The notes under the pieces are model-generated. The model was not told the origin of the DNA. It made no database searches and worked only from the letters and a program-made list of their open reading frames with translations. Below are positions 37,577 to 46,877 of a stretch of 64,000 nt of DNA, piece after piece; the first letter of the stretch is position 1, and each line of letters starts with the position of its first letter. Both the position numbers and the translations under genes were made by a program. The stretch is from Myxococcales bacterium (GTDB lineage Bacteria > Myxococcota_A > UBA9160 > SMWR01): NCBI GenBank assembly GCA_029881215.1, contig JAOUNA010000001.1, forward strand, positions 13,195 to 77,194, written 5' to 3'.

Positions 37577-38427
37577 GACGGCTCCTGCCACGCGGGGCAC
37601 GGCGCGCGCGGCTCGGGCGACTGCGGGGCAACGTGATGGAATGCGATGCCGGCCGCGGTCGCCACGTTGAGCGAGTCGATGCCGGGCGCCATGGGAATCG
37701 TGAGCGCCAGGTCGGCCTCGGCGCGCGCGGCGGCCGAGAGTCCACCCTGCTCCGCGCCGAGCAGCCACGCCACGCGCTCGGGCAGTGGCCCGAGCGCCGC
37801 GAGCGGGCGTTCCCGACGCGACGCGCACAGCGCCAGCACGCGAAATCCGGCGGCGCGCAGGCGGCGCAGCGCGGGCGCGAGCTCGGGAGTGCGCGCGAAC
37901 GGCACGCACAGCACGGCGCCCATCGAGACGCGCAGCGCCTTGCGATACAGGGGATCCGCGCAGCGCGGCGTGAGCAGCACGGCGTCCACGCCGAAGGCCA
38001 GCGCGTTGCGGAACACCCCGCCGACGTTGTCGGGGTTGCTGACGTCCTCGAGCACCGCGATCCGGCGCGGCGGCGGCGCGGGCGATGCGAGCAGCGCATC
38101 GAGCGAGAGGGCCGGCCCGCGTTCGCCGACGGCGAGGCAGCCGCGGTGCATCGGATAGCCGACGATCTGGTCCATCAGCGCCTGGCTCGCCAGGTAGACG
38201 GGCGTCTCGGCATCGAGCCGCGCGAGCGCGCGCTCGATGCCGCGCAGCGCGGCGCGGGTCACGAAGACCGAGCGCGTGCGGTAGCGCGGCGCGTCGATCA
38301 GACGCGCGACGTTGAGCCGCCCCTCGACCAGGAACACGTCCGACGCGCTGCGCAGCGCCGCGTCGCGCAGGTTGCGGTAGAGCGCCACGCGCGGATCGTC
38401 GAGCTGCGCGACGGGCTCGACGCGCAC
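37573..38427 (-). CDS. TrmH/SpoU family RNA 2'-O-methyltransferase
   Basis: GTG at 38427. LDDPRVALYRNLRD N-terminus, VLEDVSNPDNVGGVFRNA, and IPM.PGIDSLNVATAAGIAF (SPOUT knot motifs). Confidence 0.8.
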   Translation of the reverse strand: MRVEPVAQLDDPRVALYRNLRDAALRSASDVFLVEGRLNVARLIDAPRYRTRSVFVTRAALRGIERALARLDAETPVYLASQALMDQIVGYPMHRGCLAVGERGPALSLDALLASPAPPPRRIAVLEDVSNPDNVGGVFRNALAFGVDAVLLTPRCADPLYRKALRVSMGAVLCVPFARTPELAPALRRLRAAGFRVLALCASRRERPLAALGPLPERVAWLLGAEQGGLSAAARAEADLALTIPMAPGIDSLNVATAAGIAFHHVAPQSPEPRAPCPAWQEPS

Positions 38428-38428
38428 G

Positions 38429-38968
38429 TCACCCGACCTCTGCCGAGAGCCGCGCCGCCACGCCGAAGACGTGCGCGTCGCGCACGGCGAGCGCGCGCAG
38501 CGCCGCGGCCAGCTCGAGCACATAGGCGGCGTTCGAGCCGCTGCGGCCGGACGCGCGCCGCACCTGGTCCGCGATGGCCGCCAGCGGCGCCGGGCCGAGA
38601 AAGTTCGGATTGTGCGCGTGGGCGATGTAGGTCAGCGCCGGCGCCAGAGCCTGCGCCGAGTCGGCAAAGCCCACGTCGACCGGGCAGCGCTCGAAGCCCC
38701 CGCTCTCGCGCGCGTCGAGCCGGGCCAGCACCGCGTCCCAGACGCCGTCCGCCACCCGGTACGCCACGCCCCAGCAGCGGGCCGCGCGCCGCGGCACGAG
38801 CGTCGCGACCCGGCCGGGCGCGTCCGGCGCGCCGCGGTGATCCGGCGAGCCCTGCCACAGGCGCCTCGCAAGGCCGCGCACGCAGGCGGCGCGCTTCTCG
38901 AGGTACGCAAAGTCGGGGCGCCAGATGAGCGACCCGTAGCCGAAAATCCAGCGCGCGCGCGCCTGCAT
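38429..38968 (-). CDS. chaC: ChaC-family glutathione-specific gamma-glutamylcyclotransferase
   Basis: WIFGYGSLIWRPDF, PGRVATL and CWGVAYRV. The stop lies 1 nt before the trmH-family start. Confidence 0.8.
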   Translation of the reverse strand: MQARARWIFGYGSLIWRPDFAYLEKRAACVRGLARRLWQGSPDHRGAPDAPGRVATLVPRRAARCWGVAYRVADGVWDAVLARLDARESGGFERCPVDVGFADSAQALAPALTYIAHAHNPNFLGPAPLAAIADQVRRASGRSGSNAAYVLELAAALRALAVRDAHVFGVAARLSAEVG

Positions 38969-39058
38969 GCGCGCATCCTAGCGGAAGGCGGCAGGCGCGC
39001 CGTATGCTGCCTGCGCGCTCGGCGGCCCCGGACCGCGCGAGCCGCCGCGGAGGCTGCC

Positions 39059-39448
39059 TTGTTCCAATCCGAAGCCATCACCGAGGGGCTGCGCGTCGAA
39101 GTGCAGGCCCGCTATGCGCCGGAGCACTCGAATCCGACCGGCAACCTGTGGTTCTTCCTGTACACGATCCGCATCTCGAACGAGGGCGAAGAGCCCTGCC
39201 GGCTCGTCTCGCGGCGCTGGACCATCCGCAACGCCACGGGGAAGGTCGAGGAAGTGCGCGGCGCCGGCGTGGTGGGACAGCAGCCAGTGCTCGCGCCGGG
39301 CGAGACCTTCGAATACACCTCGGGCTGTCCGCTCGACACGCCCTTCGGCTCGATGGAAGGCACCTACCAGATGGTGACCGAGAGCGGCGAGCACTTCGAC
39401 GCGAAGATCGCCCGCTTCGAGCTGCGCGAGCCGGGCGCCATCCACTGA
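39059..39448 (+). CDS. apaG: ApaG protein (DUF525)
   Basis: TTG start with a GGAGG ribosome-binding site 5 nt upstream. SEAITEGLRVEVQARY, FFLYTIRISNEG, GVVGQQPVLAPGETFEYTSG and GSMEGTYQM. Confidence 0.85.
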   Translation: MFQSEAITEGLRVEVQARYAPEHSNPTGNLWFFLYTIRISNEGEEPCRLVSRRWTIRNATGKVEEVRGAGVVGQQPVLAPGETFEYTSGCPLDTPFGSMEGTYQMVTESGEHFDAKIARFELREPGAIH

Positions 39449-39509
39449 GACGCCCGCGCAGACGCCCCCAGCGCCGGCTGCCGCGCTCGCGCCCGGGCGC
39501 GCCAGACGC

Positions 39510-40376
39510 TCAGCGCGAGAACAGGAGCACCGCGGGGATCGCCGCGACGCTCAGCAGCGTGCCGAGCGTGATCGCGGACGCCACCAGCGCCGGATCGGTC
39601 TGGTAGCGCTCCGCGATCACCGCGTTCATCACCGCCGGCGGCATGATCGAGTACAGCAGCAGCACCTTGCGATCGATCTCGCTCGCGTCGAGCAGCGACA
39701 GGAAGAGCAGCGCGCAGGCGAAGCCGCCGCCCATGCGCACGGCGACCGCCACGAGCGAGTCGCGCACGTCGCGCACCGCGAGTGCGCGCAGCTGCACGCC
39801 GAGGGTGAGCAGCATGAGCGGGATCGCCATGGCGCCGAGCATGTCGATCGGCTCCGCCACGATGCGCGGCAGCGCGATGCCCGTGAGCGAGACGGCGATG
39901 CCGCCGGCCGCGCCGTAGACGAGGGGCAGGCGCAGCGCCTCGCGCAGACCGTTCTCGCCCTTGGCGATCCAGATGCCGAAGACGGCGCTCAGCACCGCGA
40001 TGCTGACGAAGATGAGCGCCCCCGCCTCGAGGCCCGCCGGGCCGTAGGCGAGCCGCGCACAGGCGAGCCCCATGTTGCCGCCGTTGAAGAAGACGGCGGG
40101 CAGCAGCACACCGCGTCCGACGCCGGATGCCCGCATGTAGAGGGCCGCCAGCAGCGCGGTGCCCGCCGCCATGAAGAATGTGCCGCCGGCGAGCACCCCC
40201 CAGCGCATGGGATCGAGCCGCACGCCGGACAGCACCGAGAAGAGCAGCGCGGGGGACGCCACGAAGAGCGCCAGGTTCGAGAGCGTGCGGCGCTGCAGAC
40301 CGCGCGGGCCGCCGAGGGCGTAGCCCAGGGCGACCACGCTGAAGACCGGAACCACGGTGGTGAGCACGGCGATCAT
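39510..40376 (-). CDS. AEC (auxin efflux carrier) family transporter
   Basis: 289 aa, about 9-10 hydrophobic helices. MIAVLTTVVPVFSVVALGY start and C-terminal IMPPAVMNAVIAERY motif typical of the family. Confidence 0.7.
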   Translation of the reverse strand: MIAVLTTVVPVFSVVALGYALGGPRGLQRRTLSNLALFVASPALLFSVLSGVRLDPMRWGVLAGGTFFMAAGTALLAALYMRASGVGRGVLLPAVFFNGGNMGLACARLAYGPAGLEAGALIFVSIAVLSAVFGIWIAKGENGLREALRLPLVYGAAGGIAVSLTGIALPRIVAEPIDMLGAMAIPLMLLTLGVQLRALAVRDVRDSLVAVAVRMGGGFACALLFLSLLDASEIDRKVLLLYSIMPPAVMNAVIAERYQTDPALVASAITLGTLLSVAAIPAVLLFSR

Positions 40377-40414
40377 GGGTGGAGCTGCAACATAGGCCGA
40401 AACTCTATGATTTT

Positions 40415-40426
40415 GAGAATATTCTC
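40415..40426. promoter_or_regulatory. Perfect 12-bp palindrome GAGAATATTCTC in the AEC/ahcY divergent intergenic region
   Basis: Read directly. It lies 7 nt upstream of a TTGACA hexamer (40433-40438) that faces ahcY. No convincing -10 was found. Confidence 0.3.
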
Positions 40427-40506
40427 GAATGGTTGACAGAACGATGCAATTGAAACACTTTATCCGCATAAACAGATAGACCAACCATCTTCACGGAGCT
40501 TCGCCC

Positions 40507-41958
<1,452 letters not shown>

Positions 41959-42063
41959 GCCCGGATCCGCGCCGGCGCGCTCTCGCGCATTGGATCGCCC
42001 CGGCGAAAGGCGCATATTCACGGGCCGACGCGAAGCCGGGCAACGAGAACAGGAGCGGCTCGA

Positions 42064-44904
42064 ATGGCGAGCGCCAGCGCGACGCCTCGTCCCCGCCGGC
42101 GCCGCTACGTCGCGGCGGTGGGACCTCGGCTCGGCAAGCTCCTGGCCGTCGTCTTCGCGCTCTTCTCGATCCTGGCCGTGAACTCGTTCTACCTGGCGAG
42201 CGTGACCCTGCTGGGCGTTCGCTTCCAGAACTGGTTCTACCTGGTCATGTTCGGCCTGCACCTGCTGCTCGGCCTGGCGCTGATCGGCCCGGTGCTGATC
42301 TTCGGCGCGCTCCACATCGCGAACGCCTGGAGCCGGCCGAACCGGCGCGCCATCCGGGCGGGTCTGGCTCTCTTCGCCACGGCGAATCTCGTCTTCTTGA
42401 GCGGGATCGTGCTGACGCGCGTGGATCTCGGCGGGTTGCGCTTCGAGGTGAATCAGCCCGCCGCGCGCTCCGTCGCCTACTGGGCCCACGTGAGCGCGCC
42501 GCTCGTCGCGGCGTGGCTCTTCGTGCTGCACCGCCTGGCCGGCCGCCGCATCCGGTGGCGCGTGGGCGCGTCCTGGGCGGCGCTGGCGGCGGCCTTCGCC
42601 GGCGGCATGGGGCTGCTGCACGCGCAGGATCCGCGCGCCTGGAACCTCGCCGGACCGAAGTCCGGGGAGAAGTACTTCTTCCCCTCCCTGGCGCGCACCT
42701 CGACGGGCAACTTCATTCCGGCGGCCGTGCTCCAGAACGACGACTACTGCCGCGAGTGTCACACGGACATCCACGACGGCTGGACCCACAGCGCCCACCG
42801 CCTGAGCTCGTTCAACAATCCGCCGTACCTGTTCAGCGTGAAGGAGACGCGCCGCGCGATGATGGCGCGCGACGGCGACGTGCGAGCGTCGCGTTTCTGC
42901 GCCGGCTGTCACGACCCCGTCCCCTTCTTCAGCGGCGCCTTCGACGATCCCCGCTTCGACGATCCCGAGTTCGATCTGGCGAGCGATGCCACGGCCCAGG
43001 CCGGCATCACCTGCAGCGTCTGTCACAGCATCGCGCACATCAACAGCGTGCGGGGCAACGCGGACTACACCATCGACGAGCCGGTGCACTATCCCTTCGC
43101 GTTCAGCGAGCAGCCGGCGCTGCGCTGGATCAATCGCCAGCTCGTGAAGGCCAAGCCCGAATTCCACAAGGCCACCTTCCTGAAGCCGCTGCACCGCAGC
43201 ACCGAGTTCTGCGGCACCTGCCACAAGGTGCATCTGCCCCCCGAGCTGAACGCCTACAAGTGGCTGCGCGGCCAGAATCACTTCGACGCGTTCTGGCTGA
43301 GCGGCGTCTCCGGATTCGGCATCGCGAGCTTCTACTACCCGCCCAAGGCGGAGCCCAACTGTCAGGGCTGCCACATGCCCCCGATCGAGGCCTCCGCGGC
43401 GCCCAACTTCGGCGCCCGGGTCCGAGACGATTCCGGTCGGATCAAGACGCTCGACCACCAATTCCCCTCGGCGAACACAGCGCTTCCCTACCTGCTGCGC
43501 GACGCGCTGCCGCGCGCCGACGCGGCGATCGATGCGCACCGGCGCTTCCTCGAGGGCGTGATGCGCGTCGATCTCTTCGGCGTGAAGCGGGGCGGGCGGA
43601 TCGACGGCGAGCTCGTCGCGCCGCTGCGCCCGCAGGTGCCCGCCCTCGAGCCCGGCGAGAGCGTTCTGCTCGAGGCGGTGATCCGCACCGTCAAGATGGG
43701 CCACCTCTTCACCCAGGGAACCGCCGACTCGAACGAAGTGTGGATGGAAGTCCGCGTGACGAGCGGCGATCGCATCATCGGGCGCAGCGGCGGCCGCGAG
43801 CGCGCGGGCAACGCCGTGGATCCGTGGTCGCACTTCGTCAACGCCTTCGTCATCGATCGCGAGGGCAACCGCATCAACCGCCGCAATGCCCAGGACATCT
43901 TCGTCGCGCTCTACGACAACCAGATCCCGCCCGGCGCGGCGGATGTCGTGCACTACCGTCTCGATGTGCCTCCGGATGTCCGCGAGCCGATCACGGTGTC
44001 GGTCAAGCTCCAGTACCGCAAGTTCGACACCGAGTACATGCGGCTCGTCGAGAACGATCCCGACTTCCGCAACGATCTGCCGATCGTGACCCTGGCCGAG
44101 GACCGCGTCGCCTTCCCGATCGCCGGCACGGCGCAGCAGCCCTCCAATCCAGAGTCTCCGATCGAGCGCTGGCAGCGCTGGAACGACTACGGGATCGCGC
44201 TGCTGCGCAAGGGTCAGCTCGGGGAGCTGCGGCAGGCGGCGGCAGCGTTCGAGGAGGTCGACCGGCTCGGACGCCCCGACGGCCCGCTGAACCTGGCGCG
44301 CGTGTACATCAAGGAGGGGCGCGTGCAGGTGGATGCGCCCCGGGCCCTCGAGCGCGCCGCGCACTTCCAGCCGCCGGCAAACGAGTGGTCGCTGCTGTGG
44401 TTCGGTGCCGGCGTCGCAGCGTCGAACGGAGACTTCGATCGGGCGATTGCGAGTCTCGAGCGCATCGTGCAGGGCGGCTTCGCGCAGGCGCAGGGCCGCG
44501 GCTTCGACTTCTCGAAGGACTACACGGTCCTAGATGCGCTGGCGAGCGCGTGCTATCAGCGCGCTCTCCAGGCGCACGGGGACGCGCGACAGCGCGACCT
44601 GCGCGCGGCGCGCGACGCATTCCTGCAAGCCCTCTCCTACGACCCCGAGAACCTGGCCGCGCACTGGGGCCTGAAGCTCGTGTACACCGATCTCGGAGAC
44701 GCAGAGAAGGCGCGCGAGCACGCGGCGCTCCACGCCTACTACAAGCCCGACGACAATGCCCGAGACCGCGCGGTCGCGCGCGCCCGGCGCACGTATCCGG
44801 CGGCCGACCGGGCCAGCGAAGCGGTGGTGATCTACGACCTGCAGCGCCCGGACGCCTACGGCAGCAGCCCGGAGCAGACACGGGGAGCGCGCCGTGCCGA
44901 CTGA
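42064..44904 (+). CDS. Membrane-anchored pentaheme c-type cytochrome with C-terminal TPR-like region
   Basis: AGGAG ribosome-binding site. About 5 N-terminal transmembrane helices. Five CXXCH motifs: CRECH, CAGCH, CSVCH, CGTCH and CQGCH (nt 42748-43374). The C-terminal helical repeats are TPR-like. Confidence 0.8.
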   Translation: MASASATPRPRRRRYVAAVGPRLGKLLAVVFALFSILAVNSFYLASVTLLGVRFQNWFYLVMFGLHLLLGLALIGPVLIFGALHIANAWSRPNRRAIRAGLALFATANLVFLSGIVLTRVDLGGLRFEVNQPAARSVAYWAHVSAPLVAAWLFVLHRLAGRRIRWRVGASWAALAAAFAGGMGLLHAQDPRAWNLAGPKSGEKYFFPSLARTSTGNFIPAAVLQNDDYCRECHTDIHDGWTHSAHRLSSFNNPPYLFSVKETRRAMMARDGDVRASRFCAGCHDPVPFFSGAFDDPRFDDPEFDLASDATAQAGITCSVCHSIAHINSVRGNADYTIDEPVHYPFAFSEQPALRWINRQLVKAKPEFHKATFLKPLHRSTEFCGTCHKVHLPPELNAYKWLRGQNHFDAFWLSGVSGFGIASFYYPPKAEPNCQGCHMPPIEASAAPNFGARVRDDSGRIKTLDHQFPSANTALPYLLRDALPRADAAIDAHRRFLEGVMRVDLFGVKRGGRIDGELVAPLRPQVPALEPGESVLLEAVIRTVKMGHLFTQGTADSNEVWMEVRVTSGDRIIGRSGGRERAGNAVDPWSHFVNAFVIDREGNRINRRNAQDIFVALYDNQIPPGAADVVHYRLDVPPDVREPITVSVKLQYRKFDTEYMRLVENDPDFRNDLPIVTLAEDRVAFPIAGTAQQPSNPESPIERWQRWNDYGIALLRKGQLGELRQAAAAFEEVDRLGRPDGPLNLARVYIKEGRVQVDAPRALERAAHFQPPANEWSLLWFGAGVAASNGDFDRAIASLERIVQGGFAQAQGRGFDFSKDYTVLDALASACYQRALQAHGDARQRDLRAARDAFLQALSYDPENLAAHWGLKLVYTDLGDAEKAREHAALHAYYKPDDNARDRAVARARRTYPAADRASEAVVIYDLQRPDAYGSSPEQTRGARRAD

Positions 44905-46753
44905 GCCGAAGCGGGACGACGAGCTCGAGCCGGGCGCAGAGGAAGAATTCGTCCCCGAAGACGACCGGATCATCGGGCACGCCTTCCGCTGGTCGCTCGC
45001 CGCCGCCGCGCTCGTCGCGGGGATCGCGGCGCTGGTGCTCTTCGGCTCCCGCGAGCAGCCGGAGGCTCCCGCGCTCGTCGCGCGCGGCCCGATCGAGCTG
45101 CCGCGGCAGCTCGACCAGAGCCAGGCCGCACTGCCGCTGGTGCCCTTCCGCGACGTGACGCGCGCCGCCGGCATCGACTTCGTGCACGAGAACGGCGCGC
45201 GCGGCGAGAAGCTGCTGCCGGAGACGATGGGGGCGGGCGTCGCGTTCCTCGACTACGACGCGGACGGCGACCAGGATCTGCTCTTCGTGAACTCGCGCCG
45301 CTGGTCGGCCGGCAGCGCAGCCGACGCGACCCCGGCGCTCTACCGCAACGACGGCAGCGGTCGCTTCGAGAACGTCACGGCGGGCTCGGGGCTCGACGTG
45401 AGCTTCTACGGCCAGGGCGTCGCCGTCGGCGACTACGACAACGACGGCGCCGCGGATGTGTTCGTCTCGGCGCTCGGATCGAACCACCTGTTCCGCAACG
45501 CGGGCGGCCGATTCGAAGAGGTGACCGCGCGGGCGGGCGTGGCCGGCGACGCTCGCGCGTGGAGCACCAGCGCCGGGTTCTTTGATGTCGACAACGACGG
45601 CGATCTCGATCTCTTCGTGTGCAACTACGTGGCCTGGTCGCGCGAGGTCGACCTCGAGCTCCACTTCACCCTCAACGGCGTCGACCGCGCCTACGGACCG
45701 CCGAAGCTGTACGAGGGAACGCACTCCTATCTGTATCGCAACGACGGGGATGGCCGCTTCAGCGACATCTCGGCGCAGGCCGGCATCCAGATCGACAACC
45801 CGGCCACGGGGCGCCCGATGGGGAAGGCGCTGGCGCTCACCTTCGCGGACGCCGACCGCGACGGCGATCTCGACGTCTTCGTCGCCAATGACACGGTGCA
45901 GAACTTCGTCTTTCGCAACGACGGCGGCGGCGCGTTCAGCGAGCTCGGTGCGGAGAGCGGCTTCGCCTTCGACAACAACGGCGCAGCGACCGGCGCCATG
46001 GGAATCGACGCCGCCGACTTCGACAACCGCGGAGCGCTGGCGGTGGGCGTGGGCAACTTCGCCAACGAGACCTCGTCGTTCTACGTGCAGCAGAACGATC
46101 CCTGGCAGTTCGTGGACGTGGCGAATGCCTACGGCATCGGCTCACCGAGCCGGCTCAAGCTGAGCTTCGGGCTGTTCTTCTTCGACTACGATCTCGACGG
46201 ACGGCTCGACCTGCTGCAGTCCAACGGCCACCTCGAGGACGGGATCAACGAGATCCAGCCGAGCCAGACCTACCGGCAAGCCGCCCAGCTCTTCTGGAAC
46301 TGCGGCACCGAGCAGCGCGGCTGCTTCGCCGCGGTCGCCGACGAGCGGCTCGGCGACCTGGCCCGCCCCATCGTCGGCCGCGGCGCGGCCTACGGCGACA
46401 TCGACGGCGACGGAGACCTCGACGTGGTGCTCACGCAGACGGGCGGCCCGCCGCTGCTGATCCGCAACGACCAGGATCTCGGCCATCACTGGCTGCGGGT
46501 GCGGCTCGTCGGCCGGCGCAGCAACCGGGACGCGATCGGCGCCGTGATCGAGCTGCGCGCGGGCGGCACGACCCAGCGCCGCCAGGTGATGCCGACGCGC
46601 AGCTACCTCTCCCAGGTGGAGATGCCCGTGACCTTCGGGCTGGGCGCGGCGGGAAGCATCGAGTGGCTGCGCGTCGTCTGGCCCGACGGCTCGACGCAGG
46701 AAATCGCGCCGGGGGCCATCGACACCTCGATCGCGATCGTGCAGAGCAGCTAG
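44894..46753 (+). CDS. CRTAC1-like protein: N-terminal anchor, seven FG-GAP/VCBS repeats, UnbV/ASPIC-like C-terminus
   Basis: GTG at 44894 with a GGGGAG ribosome-binding site, overlapping the cytochrome gene by 11 nt. Seven D-x-D-x-D-G repeats (DYDADGDQD, DYDNDGAAD, DVDNDGDLD and others). C-terminal NRDAIGAVIELR..SYLSQ..FGLG. Confidence 0.8.
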   Translation: MPTEPKRDDELEPGAEEEFVPEDDRIIGHAFRWSLAAAALVAGIAALVLFGSREQPEAPALVARGPIELPRQLDQSQAALPLVPFRDVTRAAGIDFVHENGARGEKLLPETMGAGVAFLDYDADGDQDLLFVNSRRWSAGSAADATPALYRNDGSGRFENVTAGSGLDVSFYGQGVAVGDYDNDGAADVFVSALGSNHLFRNAGGRFEEVTARAGVAGDARAWSTSAGFFDVDNDGDLDLFVCNYVAWSREVDLELHFTLNGVDRAYGPPKLYEGTHSYLYRNDGDGRFSDISAQAGIQIDNPATGRPMGKALALTFADADRDGDLDVFVANDTVQNFVFRNDGGGAFSELGAESGFAFDNNGAATGAMGIDAADFDNRGALAVGVGNFANETSSFYVQQNDPWQFVDVANAYGIGSPSRLKLSFGLFFFDYDLDGRLDLLQSNGHLEDGINEIQPSQTYRQAAQLFWNCGTEQRGCFAAVADERLGDLARPIVGRGAAYGDIDGDGDLDVVLTQTGGPPLLIRNDQDLGHHWLRVRLVGRRSNRDAIGAVIELRAGGTTQRRQVMPTRSYLSQVEMPVTFGLGAAGSIEWLRVVWPDGSTQEIAPGAIDTSIAIVQSS

Positions 46754-46877
46754 GGGGCCGGGGGCGGGCACGGCTCGCGCCTCCCCGGGCCGGGCGCGGG
46801 CTGCCGGCGTGCCGGTTTTCGCTGCGGGCGCGCTGGTGTAAAGATATGGGGCACCCTCTACCGATACTGGACCGAGC

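Noticed and set aside
40377-40506. SAH riboswitch upstream of ahcY.
   Set aside because: The leader is AT-rich, and I could not find the GC-rich paired segments and conserved core of the SAH element. Only Infernal could exclude it formally.
46804-46819. Terminator after the CRTAC1-like gene (ccggc-gt-gccgg followed by tttt).
   Set aside because: The stem is only 4-5 bp with a 2-4 nt loop, which is too weak to call.
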